Below are positions 54,168 through 64,000 of a DNA stretch of 64,000 nt, piece by piece; positions within the stretch are counted from its first letter, which is position 1, and each line of letters opens with the position of its first letter. The DNA lies in contig JAHRHZ010000041.1 in assembly GCA_024137785.1 (NCBI GenBank), forward strand, positions 22,133,784-22,197,783, read 5' to 3'. The DNA is from Ginglymostoma cirratum (taxonomy: Eukaryota). The notes under the pieces were generated by a model. The model had not been told where the DNA came from. It did no database searches and saw only the letters and a list, made by a program, of their open reading frames with translations. The translations under genes were made by a program, and so were the position numbers.

Positions 54168-55228
54168 TTAGAGTCATAGAGGTACACAGCATGGAAACAG
54201 ACCTTCAGTCCAACTCGTCCGTGCTGACTAGATAACGTAAATAAATCTAGTTCCATGATTTGGCCCATATCCCTCTAAACCCTTCCTATTCATGTACCCA
54301 TCCAGATGCCTTTTAAATGTTGTAGTCGTACCAGCCTCCACCATTTCCTCTGGCAGCTCATTCCATACATGTGGTTAGCACTGCTGCCTCACAGCACCAG
54401 GGACCCAGGTTTGGTTCCACCCTCAGGTGACTGTATGTGTGGAGTTTGCACATTCTCCCCGTGCCTGTGTGGGTTTCCTTCGGGTGCTCCAGTTTCCGCC
54501 CACAGTCCAAAGCTGTGCAGGCTAGGTGGATTAGCCTTGCTAAATTGCCCATAGTGTTCAGGGATGTGTAGGTTAGGTGTGTTAGCCATGGGAAGTTCAG
54601 GGTTACATGCAGGGATAGGGTAGGGGGATGGGTCTGGGTGGGATGTTCTTTGGAGGGTCAGGCCGAATGACCTGTTTCCACATTGTAGGGACTCTATGAT
54701 TCTCTCTATGACACTCTGCATGAAAAAGTTGCCCCTTAGATCCCTTTTATATCTTTCCCCTCTCACCTTAAACCTATGCCCTCTAGTTTTGGACTCCCCC
54801 ATCCTGGGGAAAAGACCTGGCCTATTTAACCTATCCATGCCTCTCATGATTTTAAAAACTTCTATAAGGTCACCCCTCAACCTCCGATGCTTCAGGGAAA
54901 TAGCCGCAGACTATTCATCCTCTCCCTATAGCTTAATCCTCCAATGCTGGCAAAATCCTCGTAAATCTTTTCTGAACCCTTTCATGTTTTACGACATCTG
55001 TAGCAGGGAGACGAGAATTGAACGCAATATTCCAAAAGTGGCCTAACTAATATCCTGTACAGCCTCAACATGACCTCCTGACTACTGTACTCAATGCACT
55101 GACAATAAAGACAAGCATACCGAAAGCGTTCTTTGCTATCTTGTCTACCTGCGACTTGACTTTCAAGGAACTATGAACCTGCACTCCAAGGTCTCTTTGC
55201 TCAGCAACAGTCCCCAGGACCTTCCCAT
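54168..55228 (-). mobile_element. CR1 LINE 3' fragment interrupted by an HE1 SINE
   Basis: LRGDLIEVFKIMRGMDR...GHRFKVRGERYKRDLRGNFF; tail tagagtcatagag. Confidence 0.9.
54371..54700 (+). mobile_element. HE1 SINE nested in CR1
   Basis: gtggttagcactgctgcctcacagcaccagggaccc head, V domain and tail ctctatgattct. Confidence 0.9.
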
Positions 55229-55507
55229 GACAGAATCCAGGAAGCTAAGTAAACCTTAATTAAAATAGCATTTTTGACTGTTGGACTGTTGTGCCCAATT
55301 CTAGGTACCACACTTCAAGAAGAATGTGAATACTTTGGAGGAGATTTACTAGAATGGCTCCAGGAATGCAGTTCTGTGTGGATCATCGGGAGAATTTGAG
55401 GATTTTTTTTTCCCTTGAGAAAAATGGCGTAAGAGGAGAATTGATAGAGGCGTTCAAAATTATCAACTTGTACAGTTCTCTTTGACAGTGTAAGACTTCC
55501 TAAAGTT

Positions 55508-56345
55508 CTTCACAGGAATGTGAAGTCACAATATGATACTGAGCTACATAAGGAGATGGGGTCAGACAACAAAAACCTGGCAAAAGAGGTAGATTTTAAG
55601 GCATGTTTTAAATAAATAGTGAGGTAGAGAGTCAAAGGGGTAAAGGGACTACCAGAATTTATGAACTTGATAATTACATACACAGCTGTCAATGATGGAG
55701 TCAATAAAATAATGGATTCTCAATAGTCCAGAATTAAAGGAGCATAGATAAACCAGAAGGTTCTGACACTGGAGGAGATTGCAGCTGTAGAGGGGGAAGA
55801 GGCCCTGGAGGGACTTGAAAACAATGATCAGAATTTTCATATCAAGACGTTGTTTAGCTGGGAGTCAGTTTACATCAATGAGCTCAGGGGTCATGGTCAA
55901 ATGTGAGTTAAGACACGAGGAACAGAGTTTTCAGTGTCCTCAAATTTATAGAGGGTAGATTGTTGAAAGCCAGGAGTGTGTTGTAATAGCCAAGGCTAGA
56001 ACTAATGAAGGCATGAATAAGGATTTCCAAGCAGATAAGCTGAGGCAGAGCAGATTGGGCAATCTCACAGAAGGAGAAAGGGACAACATTAGGAATAAAG
56101 TGGAAATGTGATCAGAAGCTCATCTAAGGAATCAAGTATGACAATAAGATTTTTAACAGTCTAGTGCAGCCTAAGACGTTGCAAGGAGATGGCTGGAATT
56201 GGTGGAGAGGGAACAAGTTGTAAAGAAAATTCTGTTCATTCAATGCTATGTGTTGGACAAGCAGTATGATCATTTAAACACAACGGAGATGTCAAGAGAG
56301 ATTGTGATGAGGTAGAGCTGGATATCATCAGTGTGTCCATGTTCA
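55508..56345 (-). mobile_element. L2 LINE RT/3' fragment
   Basis: TDDIQLYL (YADDTQLY-like) and KILIIVFKSLQGL.PLY.CNLL, typical of the L2 ORF2 C-terminus. Confidence 0.75.
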
Positions 56346-57049
56346 CTGGAGCAGACTGCACCCTCAAACAATTCAAGATTTATTATGCTTGAGTGGCAGA
56401 CTGGGCCTTCGTGGCATGGACCGTAGCAGCATGTGTTGGCTAGCTGACAAGCAACAGGAAATTTGTGGTGTGGCAGGAGTGGAAGTTGAATGTTATCATC
56501 CTGAGAGAGGGCAGCAGGTTCACATTCCATGGACCAACCTGAAAGTGGGGAGAGAGTGGAAAAAAAGTATTGGGTTGGATGCTCAGCCATAATCATATTG
56601 AATGGCGGAGCAGGCTTGAAGGGTTGAATGGCCTAGTGCAGTACCTATTTTCTGTATTTCTAATCCCCACTGCCTAGGCGTTGACTCCTCAGCATTCCTG
56701 GTAATCTATTGGAAGATGGATTGCTGAACTGCTGTGATATGGTGTAAATCTCTTTGCTCATTGTAATTTGTAGCCATGATGACAGCAAGGTGAATTGCAT
56801 AACATCAGATGTGAATTGACTGTGGATAACCTCTGAGTGGAAGCTGATCATGGGGAAATAGAAACTGAGACATCAGCTATCCAACACTGCCCCATTGTCA
56901 GGTCCACAATGTGCTGTTGATGTTGGCCGCCTCTCCCATGCTAAGATAGCTGAGCTCCAAACTCTGAGCAAAGCCCTATACCAAGCTGATGACTGCTTAT
57001 CCATACTATTTGGCTTTAAACACAGGCTTTCTGCCAGGGTTTTCAAAGC

Positions 57050-57164
57050 ACAGGGTGTTTTTGAAGAGAGAGTGAGAGTTTTAATTCAGGGCAATGACCA
57101 TTCAGATAACGTCAGATGAAGGGTCACTGACCTGAAATGTTACTTCTGTTTCTTTCCAGAGATG
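57050..57164. mobile_element. Degenerate palindromic hammerhead-family repeat
   Basis: cagatgaagggtcactgacctgaaatgtt at 57113-57141, preceded by a decayed inverted copy (ttcagggcaatgaccattcaga). Confidence 0.6.
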
Positions 57165-58690
57165 TTAAAAGGCTATAGTGCACCTGACAGTATGGAGCTG
57201 CTCATCATTTTTTGTGATACCCACCATGACATGACAAGTACGGGCTCAGAGACTTGGAGGTACCCCTGGATGGGATGGTGAAGAGGAGGGATTCCTCTTC
57301 CCTCAGGACCTGCACGGGAGGCCACAACACCAGACCCTGCCAGCCTGACCTAAGGTTGCCAACTGCGTCAGTGCAATCTCAATCATCTGGAGAAATGCCC
57401 AGCAATGTATGAAAAAGGTCAATGACCTTCTCTGCTCTGTCAGAATAAGTGCCACCATCTTCACGCTGCTACCTCACACTGATTTGATCTCTGCTAATGC
57501 ATCCACTTCCCACCAAGGCTTATACTACACCACCCTCACTTTTACGTGCAACATCTCACCCACTTGCTGTCACGCATCCCACTCCCACAAATTATGAATG
57601 CTGCGTGGCCTCAGCACTGCCTACTCATTCGCTTGGAATATTTCATCACCTTTTTCCCATTGACACCGTCGGTAAGAGCCATGCCATCCACTTTCATCTC
57701 ACCGAATCTCTCCATTTCTGTTATTCTATGAAGAAAACGGTTCACGATAGGTCAGAAATAGCCAAGACAGATGGTGAAGTGCCCACATTTGGCACTTCAC
57801 ACCCTCTTCGAAGAGGATCCAGTCCCTGACTGTACCAAGCAGCTGATTGATTGTGCCCAAGTCCCTGGACTGGTCTCACAGACTGCCATTGATGTACTGT
57901 TCTGGGAATACCTGAGTGAAATGTATTTTGCTTGATTTGACTGAGGACTACTTTCCTTAGACTTTGAGGTGTAGACATTTGGCTGAAACACCAGCAGTGT
58001 GTTTTCCACATTAGCAGCCAACCCATGGAGCAAATGTGAGATCAACAAAGCAATGTACCACAGAGAAACATGATGACTGATCACAGCTGACAATCATGAC
58101 AAGCTTCTTGGTTTTGTGTCTGCTCTAAAAGGCAAGGCAGGGCAGAAACTGTTGCTGAAAGAACAAAGAACAGAAGGGGCAAGGCAGGAATGTTGTGAGC
58201 ATCCAGGTGGGTTTAGAATGAGCTGGGTGCCTGACCAAGCACACACAGTGTCCTTGCAGCAGCTTTGAAATGATAGACGACTATGCACCCCAAAGTATTA
58301 TGTGGCGTACAAGGGCCCACTAAGTGGATCAGAGATGTGCTTTGAAGATACAGAGAGGCTAACATGTAAAATGCCAATGTCCATGGATGTGGGGTGCATG
58401 CAACGACTGTTCAAGGAGCATTTCCTGAGACCTCAGTGCCGGAAGGCCAGCAGGGATGTCTGGAAGAGCAAGCGGCAAGCTGGAGTCACCAGGTACCTGC
58501 TCTGCCTTTCATGTTGAGAATTCTCGGTGTTTTGTTTCTATGAATTGGATGGTAAAATATGTGAAAATTAATTAGGTGAGATGATGTAATAGTGAGGGAG
58601 ATAATAAGCAATAATCCTCATTATTAAGCTCTTGCCAGTCAGTAGCGAGAATCACATCTCAACATCCAGAACTTAGTTAGAAAATGTAAC
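57165..58690 (+). mobile_element. Harbinger/PIF transposon remnant with Myb/SANT (trihelix) ORF pseudogene
   Basis: 57251-57445 translates (one frameshift, one stop) as DLEVPLDGMVKRRD/LFPQDLHGRPQHQTLPA*PKVANCVSAISIIWRNAQQCMKKVNDL, a Myb/SANT-like DNA-binding pattern typical of Harbinger ORF2. Confidence 0.7.
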
Positions 58691-58727
58691 TTGTTGGTCT
58701 TGATGTTGAGAAAGGCCTCATTTGATT

Positions 58728-59135
58728 TCTCACATTGTCGGAGCATCACTGCTGAGGGAATGTCATATCGTCAGAGGGTCATTGCTGATGGAGCATCATA
58801 ATGTGGCAGTGTCATTGCTGAGGGAGCACTGCATTCTCAGAGAGTCAAGATTGAGAGAGCGCTGCACTGTCCGAGGGTCAGTACTGAGGGAGCACTGCAC
58901 TGACAGAGAGTCAGCATTGAGGGACTGCCGTACTGTCAGAGGGTCGGCACTGAGGGAATGCTGCACTGTCATGCAGTCAGTACTGAGGGAATGCAGCATT
59001 GTCAGAGGGTCAGTACTGAGGGAGTACCACACTAACAAATGGTCAGTGCTGTGGGAATGCTGCACTATTAGAGAGTCAGTGCTGTGGGAATGCCGCTCTT
59101 TTAGAGGGTCAGTGATGTGGGAGTGCTGCACTGTC
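58728..59135. repeat. 33-bp minisatellite, ~12 diverged units
   Basis: Unit ~CTGAGGGAGYRCTGCACTGTCAGAGGGTCAGTA. The 11-aa periodicity is visible in ORF 58722-59207. Confidence 0.92.
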
Positions 59136-60254
59136 CCAGAACGTAAACACAAAGAGGGTGCTTGTGGCTGTGTCATACTCTTCTATGATTCTGCTGGACT
59201 GTTTTAAGTTAAACTTTCCATTTTCAACCTGTTTGTATAAGTTTCTGTCAAACTAACAGCTCACTTTATAAATTTTGCTAACTGACCTTCTAAAGGTGAG
59301 TATGCACAAATGTTGGACAAAATTGTTACAAATAAAACTAAAAGGGATCCCCCATTAATGTTAATGACGCCTTTGAATTAACTCCTAGACTATAGGGAGA
59401 AAAGCTCAACCTAAAATGTCATCAGATGACAGTTCACTCAAAACCAGAAGAACATAAAACTTGGCAGAGTGAACGAAACAAAATATTCCAAAATTCAAAC
59501 CTTTACGTATGATTTTAGTAAGGGTTTCAGTCAGAATTTTAGCTGGTTTCAGCGCTGATGTGATTTCTAATTCTGTTCTATTTCATTACTCATAGTTGAG
59601 ATAGATAAAGCTAATGAGCACTGTGACATTAAAGTATTGAACCAAGCTACACATCTTGTGACCTAAATGCTCACATTGTGAGCCAGCAAACGTGCAAACA
59701 AAAAACACCTCTTGTGTAAAACATAACAACGCATGATCAATTCCCAATACAAAGTCTTTCCAGTCAGCAAAACTCTCCAGATTCACAGCTGTTAAAAAGG
59801 ACTGCACCAATCAATGATTTCTGTAATTGAATCCAGGGTTTTCCGTTGGGCTAATGAGTGTTGGATTTGATCACAGGTCTTGCGCATCGTTGACTGTTTG
59901 CTCTGTTTGAAGTTTGAAAATCTAGCACACAGTAAAAGCACAGTCAGAAGATTTTGCTTCATTATTTTCATGAGGTCTTGGCTGATGGGATGGGGCAGAG
60001 GAAGAGGAGTGCAATGGTGATTGCTTTGAAAGCAGGAATTTTGATTCCGAGGAACATTGGTTTTGTCTCTGTTCCAACTCAAATGTGTTAATGTGCCAAA
60101 CACATTTTCTATTTGTCTCAAGAGTTTCCGGTCTCTTAGACAGAATCAACTTGATATTGCAGGCAAAAATACTTGACAGACACATTGCCTGACAAAAATG
60201 TTATCCATGCGACTTCGATCATTGTGTTCTGTTGGAGGCTCCTTGATCCAAATC

Positions 60255-60446
60255 ATTGTGCTAAAACATTGAATGTTTTCAAGAAAGATTTAGATATCAT
60301 CCTTAGGGTTAAACAGATCAAAGGATGTGAGGAGAAAATGAGAACAAGGCGCTGAGCTGGATAATCAGCCATGATCACATTGAATGGCAAAACAGGTATG
60401 AAGGGCTGAATGGCCTATTCCTACTTCTGTTTTCTATGTTTCTATG
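60255..60446 (+). mobile_element. CR1 3' tail
   Basis: ttcaagaaagatttagat...cagccatgatcacattgaatggc...tctatgtttctatg. Confidence 0.85.
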
Positions 60447-60916
60447 AGCTGAACCTGGGGCATCTAGCCCAGAGGTACGATTACACCACAAGACTTTCTT
60501 TTCGGGAAGTAAAGCTGTTAATTTTGAATCTTTGGAGGAATGGCTCACTGGACTATCTCTAGACTGAAACTCCCAAAGAGTGGCAATAATAACTGGATTT
60601 GCACTCTGTTCCTTCTCACTTACTCTGCCCCAGAGCTTCGCATTTCTGCTTTGAATGGACATTCTTGAGAATCAATGAGTTTGCCCGATCAAGGAATATT
60701 CGAGTGCAGCACAGTGCACCATATTGCACCATAGCACAATACATTTGTAGAATAAGAGAGAAGTTTCAGAACAAACAGTTTGAAACAGTCCTGACTGAAA
60801 TCTTAAACTGTATCTGTTATTTTACACTAGTTACACCATGAGTTCTTCATTACTGTTTCCTCTGATGTAATCTTGTCGAGGAAATAATCTGAACAAATAT
60901 TGATTGTGAGCTTCAA

Positions 60917-61693
60917 GGCAATGGGTTTTTTTTAATCCATGACTGTCAGCAGGGAGCCTGGTGTGAACATGAACAAGGTGAACAAAGTCCTTCTTCCCTC
61001 CTGTGTAAGAGAATAGCTCAGAGCTCAGTGTGGTGCTCCATCTAATGGGCTGCCTGAGAACTGAAGAATTCATCAATCTGACAGAAACAAGTTGTTCTGG
61101 GTGACCTTTGGACTTAAACTGACAGCTTTCCAATCCTGAGCCAAAAAAGTCATCTGTTGGAACCATTGGTCCAGTGTCCAGAATGTGGTTTGGACTTTAC
61201 AGAACTTGAAAATCACATTTGCTGGTAAGGTACAGAACAAATTATTTCCTTCTTCAGTTTACTCAGACATCATTGTGTATTAATGAAATGTGTGTCATAT
61301 GCTTCTTTAATGTAACATTATAGTAAGATGGGTAAGAGTCCAAAATGTTCGGGAAAATTTTTTAAAGTAGATACATGGAATTTTATTTTCTTTAACGCTG
61401 TTGGAAGACAGCTTCAACCCTAATGCATTTTCTCCTCCCCCCGCCACAGCCAACTGCTGGAGGTACCCAGGCTATTGTTGAGTATTTTCTGATTTGGTAG
61501 GTTTATTTAATCAAGTGGAGAACCTTTGGTTTTACCTTGTCACCTCCATTAGATGGAGCACCACACTGAGCTCTGAGCTATTCTCTTACACAGGACGGAA
61601 GAACGACTTTGTTCACCTTGTTCATGTTCACACCATGTGCCCGGCTGACAGTCATGGATTAAAAAACACCCATTGCCATGGTTTTACCTTGTC
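60917..61693. repeat. ~132-bp inverted repeat; the right arm is a TSD-flanked insertion
   Basis: 60917-61048 is the reverse complement of 61546-61677 with few mismatches. TGGTTTTACCTTGTC occurs at 61527-61541 and 61679-61693. Confidence 0.92.
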
Positions 61694-62479
61694 GTAAAAT
61701 ATGGCCATGGGATATCTTGGGAATCTGAGTGTTACAGACCCTGGAGAGCCCAGCAACTTTGAAAAGGGTAGGAATTGCCCAGCAACCAATGTGAAGAATC
61801 AGACAAAAACTTTCACATTGTAAGCTTTTACTGTAAGAAACAAGCTAAAATTAACAGACCAAACATCACCAGGCAACTAATGCACTATACTAAAGAAAAA
61901 GTATTTGCCCATAAGTTAACTAATTCAATCAAAAATACTTTACAACCCATTGTACATTACACATGCTCTCAGCTAATATATAATTTCAAGTTTCGAATTC
62001 CTCCCAGCTATTCAGCAGGCTCCCTTCTTCCTGCCATACCACTCAAGAAACAAGGAATTACAGTGAGTTTTCCAATGTCCTTTGAAAGTCCCTTTGCCCG
62101 GTCTTCTGAATATTTCCAGACTGATGTCCAGCAACAGAGTCCAAGCTGGTGACTCCTCTGACCTTAAATCTTCAAAATCAGTTCTCCTCAGCGTACTATT
62201 TCTTGGCTAATGCCAAAGGTTCTTTATTTCTATTCACACAGGAGCATCTGTTTAATCTTTCTCTGTCTCTGCCAGTGTTGAGGTCTGACAGTTACTGACC
62301 AGAAAGAACAGATGCCATCCTTTTGTGTCAAATTGTAAAAATTGATTTTCTGTAGGTTTTGGCCTGGGCCTCTTCCTCTATGACAGCCTAATAACACGAC
62401 CCACTCTATAAGCAGGCCTTAGTACAATCTCATGATCTCCCATTCCAGGACATTCTGCTTTAACTTAAAAAAAAAAGAT

Positions 62480-62730
62480 AGGATATAACTTCCTTGTAAA
62501 GTCTCACATTTATAACAGTTGAGAAGAAAATGTTTATGCAGTGATAGGTAATGACCTGGAACTATCTGTCTCCAAGGGTGACAGAAGTGATGACAGTCAA
62601 TGATTTCGAAATAAATTTGTATAAGTACTTAGGGGAAATAAATTTGCAAAGCTATGAAGATAGAATGGGGAATTGGGACTGAATCGGAAGCTGTACAGCT
62701 GGTCTTTGTAGCAGAATGGCCTCCTCCTCT
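62480..62730 (+). mobile_element. Old CR1 3' fragment
   Basis: gagaagaaaatgtttatgcag...ctggaact...cagaatggcctcctcctctgt. Confidence 0.6.
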
Positions 62731-64000
62731 GTGGGCTGAATTTTACCAACAATTTGTTAATGGGAAGCAAGAAGGCTAGGAAAATGGCACCTGAAGACTT
62801 AGGGGTGGTATATTCGACAACTTGCTGTCATCATCTCCTTGCTCCTGACAAATGTCCCCCATTCCTTCCCCATACCCTGCTAACCACCCAATCTGGACTT
62901 GTATGCCTATGTGCATCAACCCCACACTCCACTTATTTGGGGCATTACAAGCCATTGACCATTTAATTAGCCACCTCTGACACTGTACTTCCCATGGTTC
63001 TGCCATCAGTTGAAATGGGTTTACCTCCCACTTCTAGTGTCAGTGGTGGGACTTCAAGCTCATTCACATCATTCAGCTCTACGGCCATTTCATCCCCTAT
63101 AATGTAGGCAGTTGGGAGGATGGGATTCAGCTCCAGTGTGTTTTCTTTATGGATAGTAATTACTGTTAAGTTCCTCACCTTCACTATATCCTAGGTTGGT
63201 TCTGTGCAATTTTTGTGTGTCATCAGCATTGGCTTCTTCCTGACATGATTGTTCTCCTCGTGCTCTTGTCAAGGATTGCTGGGCAGCAGGTTTCTCTTCT
63301 AACCTGCAGCTGATAGTCGATAGTCAAAGTGCAGTTTAAATAGAATGGATCCAGCAATCCAATACAAGCAGAAATGTTCTGGTTGAGTAGTGAGACAGAC
63401 AAGTTGATAAGCACCAAAACAATTTTACAGCAGATGTGACCATTGGTGGAGTGGAGCCATACTTTTCATCACCTGCTCACTGGCACACTGCAGAGGCATT
63501 TCCACTCGGCATAGCTTCCTGAACCATCAATTAGGTGAGCTTTCATCAGCGCATTAGCTGCTATGCATGCAAGGAATTCTGTCTGCCTTTACCGTCTGCA
63601 AAACTAGAATTTTCCTGTCAGACAGTTGTAAACAAGCTGGTGCAGCAGGTTATCGATTCTCTATTTACTAATGGAGTGTGTAAGTTGCCAACCAGATAAT
63701 TCTAAGGGTTTCGGATCTTCCAGACCAGTTTAAGCCTTTTACTTTAGACTGTGTCATATAATTGCCAACCACCTCTTGTTATAGCTTAATATGTTTTATC
63801 AACCTCGGGGTTAATAAATTCCAAGGGATAGAATGGGCCCACTACTCATACGGATAAAAATAGGAAACTTTAATGACAAACATTAGAATAAATGTATGAC
63901 TGATGCATCTAGTCAGGGTTTTATTTTGCTGTGGCTTGCAGTATTAGCACCAAGTTAATCAGATTTAATTTTGCAATTTCTAAGTTGCTTGCACCCCAAA

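Larger units (their letters stand above)
675..64000 (+). other. IGSF9B intron 1 (apparently runs beyond the window)
   Basis: GT donor at 675. By eye I found no sequence encoding the expected exon 2 (EEPEFVTARAG...VVEWFKFG...DPEYAG). Confidence 0.7.

Noticed and set aside
58722-59207. 161-aa Cys/His-rich ORF (zinc-finger-like) or CRISPR-like array
   Set aside because: The ORF is a by-product of a 33-bp tandem unit. There are no unique spacers, no cas genes, and the context is eukaryotic.
60831-61697. Two ORFs sharing IRWSTTLSSELFSYTG as a duplicated gene
   Set aside because: The shared peptide simply reflects the inverted DNA duplication; no coding evidence.
62734-63615. Possible Harbinger-type element beginning gggctgaatttt (similar GC-richer block at ~10900-11960)
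   Set aside because: No matching second TIR, TSD or protein motif could be confirmed by eye.

Overview
Vertebrate genomic DNA, almost certainly from a cartilaginous fish (shark), judged by HE1/V-SINEs, Deu-domain SINEs and abundant CR1 LINEs. The window opens on the CpG-rich promoter and first exon of IGSF9B (protein turtle homolog B; MIWYVATLLAGVISTRGSAAQ-G, 611-674, donor AAG/GTGAGT). I could not find exon 2, so the remaining ~63 kb appears to be intron 1. It is filled with decayed retroelements (CR1, an ORF1-less tRNA-headed EN-RT LINE, L2, Penelope-like), SINEs, Harbinger remnants, a probable solo LTR and a 33-bp minisatellite. The most interesting signal is a set of short, often palindromic Penelope-derived insertions carrying minimal hammerhead ribozyme cores. 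Three have target-site duplications (TSDs), and the two intact cores are antisense to the host gene. Also notable are a TSD-flanked inverted copy of nearby unique DNA, a LINE with a Pol III-type head, and a uORF cluster before the IGSF9B start codon. Most ORF-track entries are TE fragments or noise. All coordinates were read by eye and TE boundaries are approximate.
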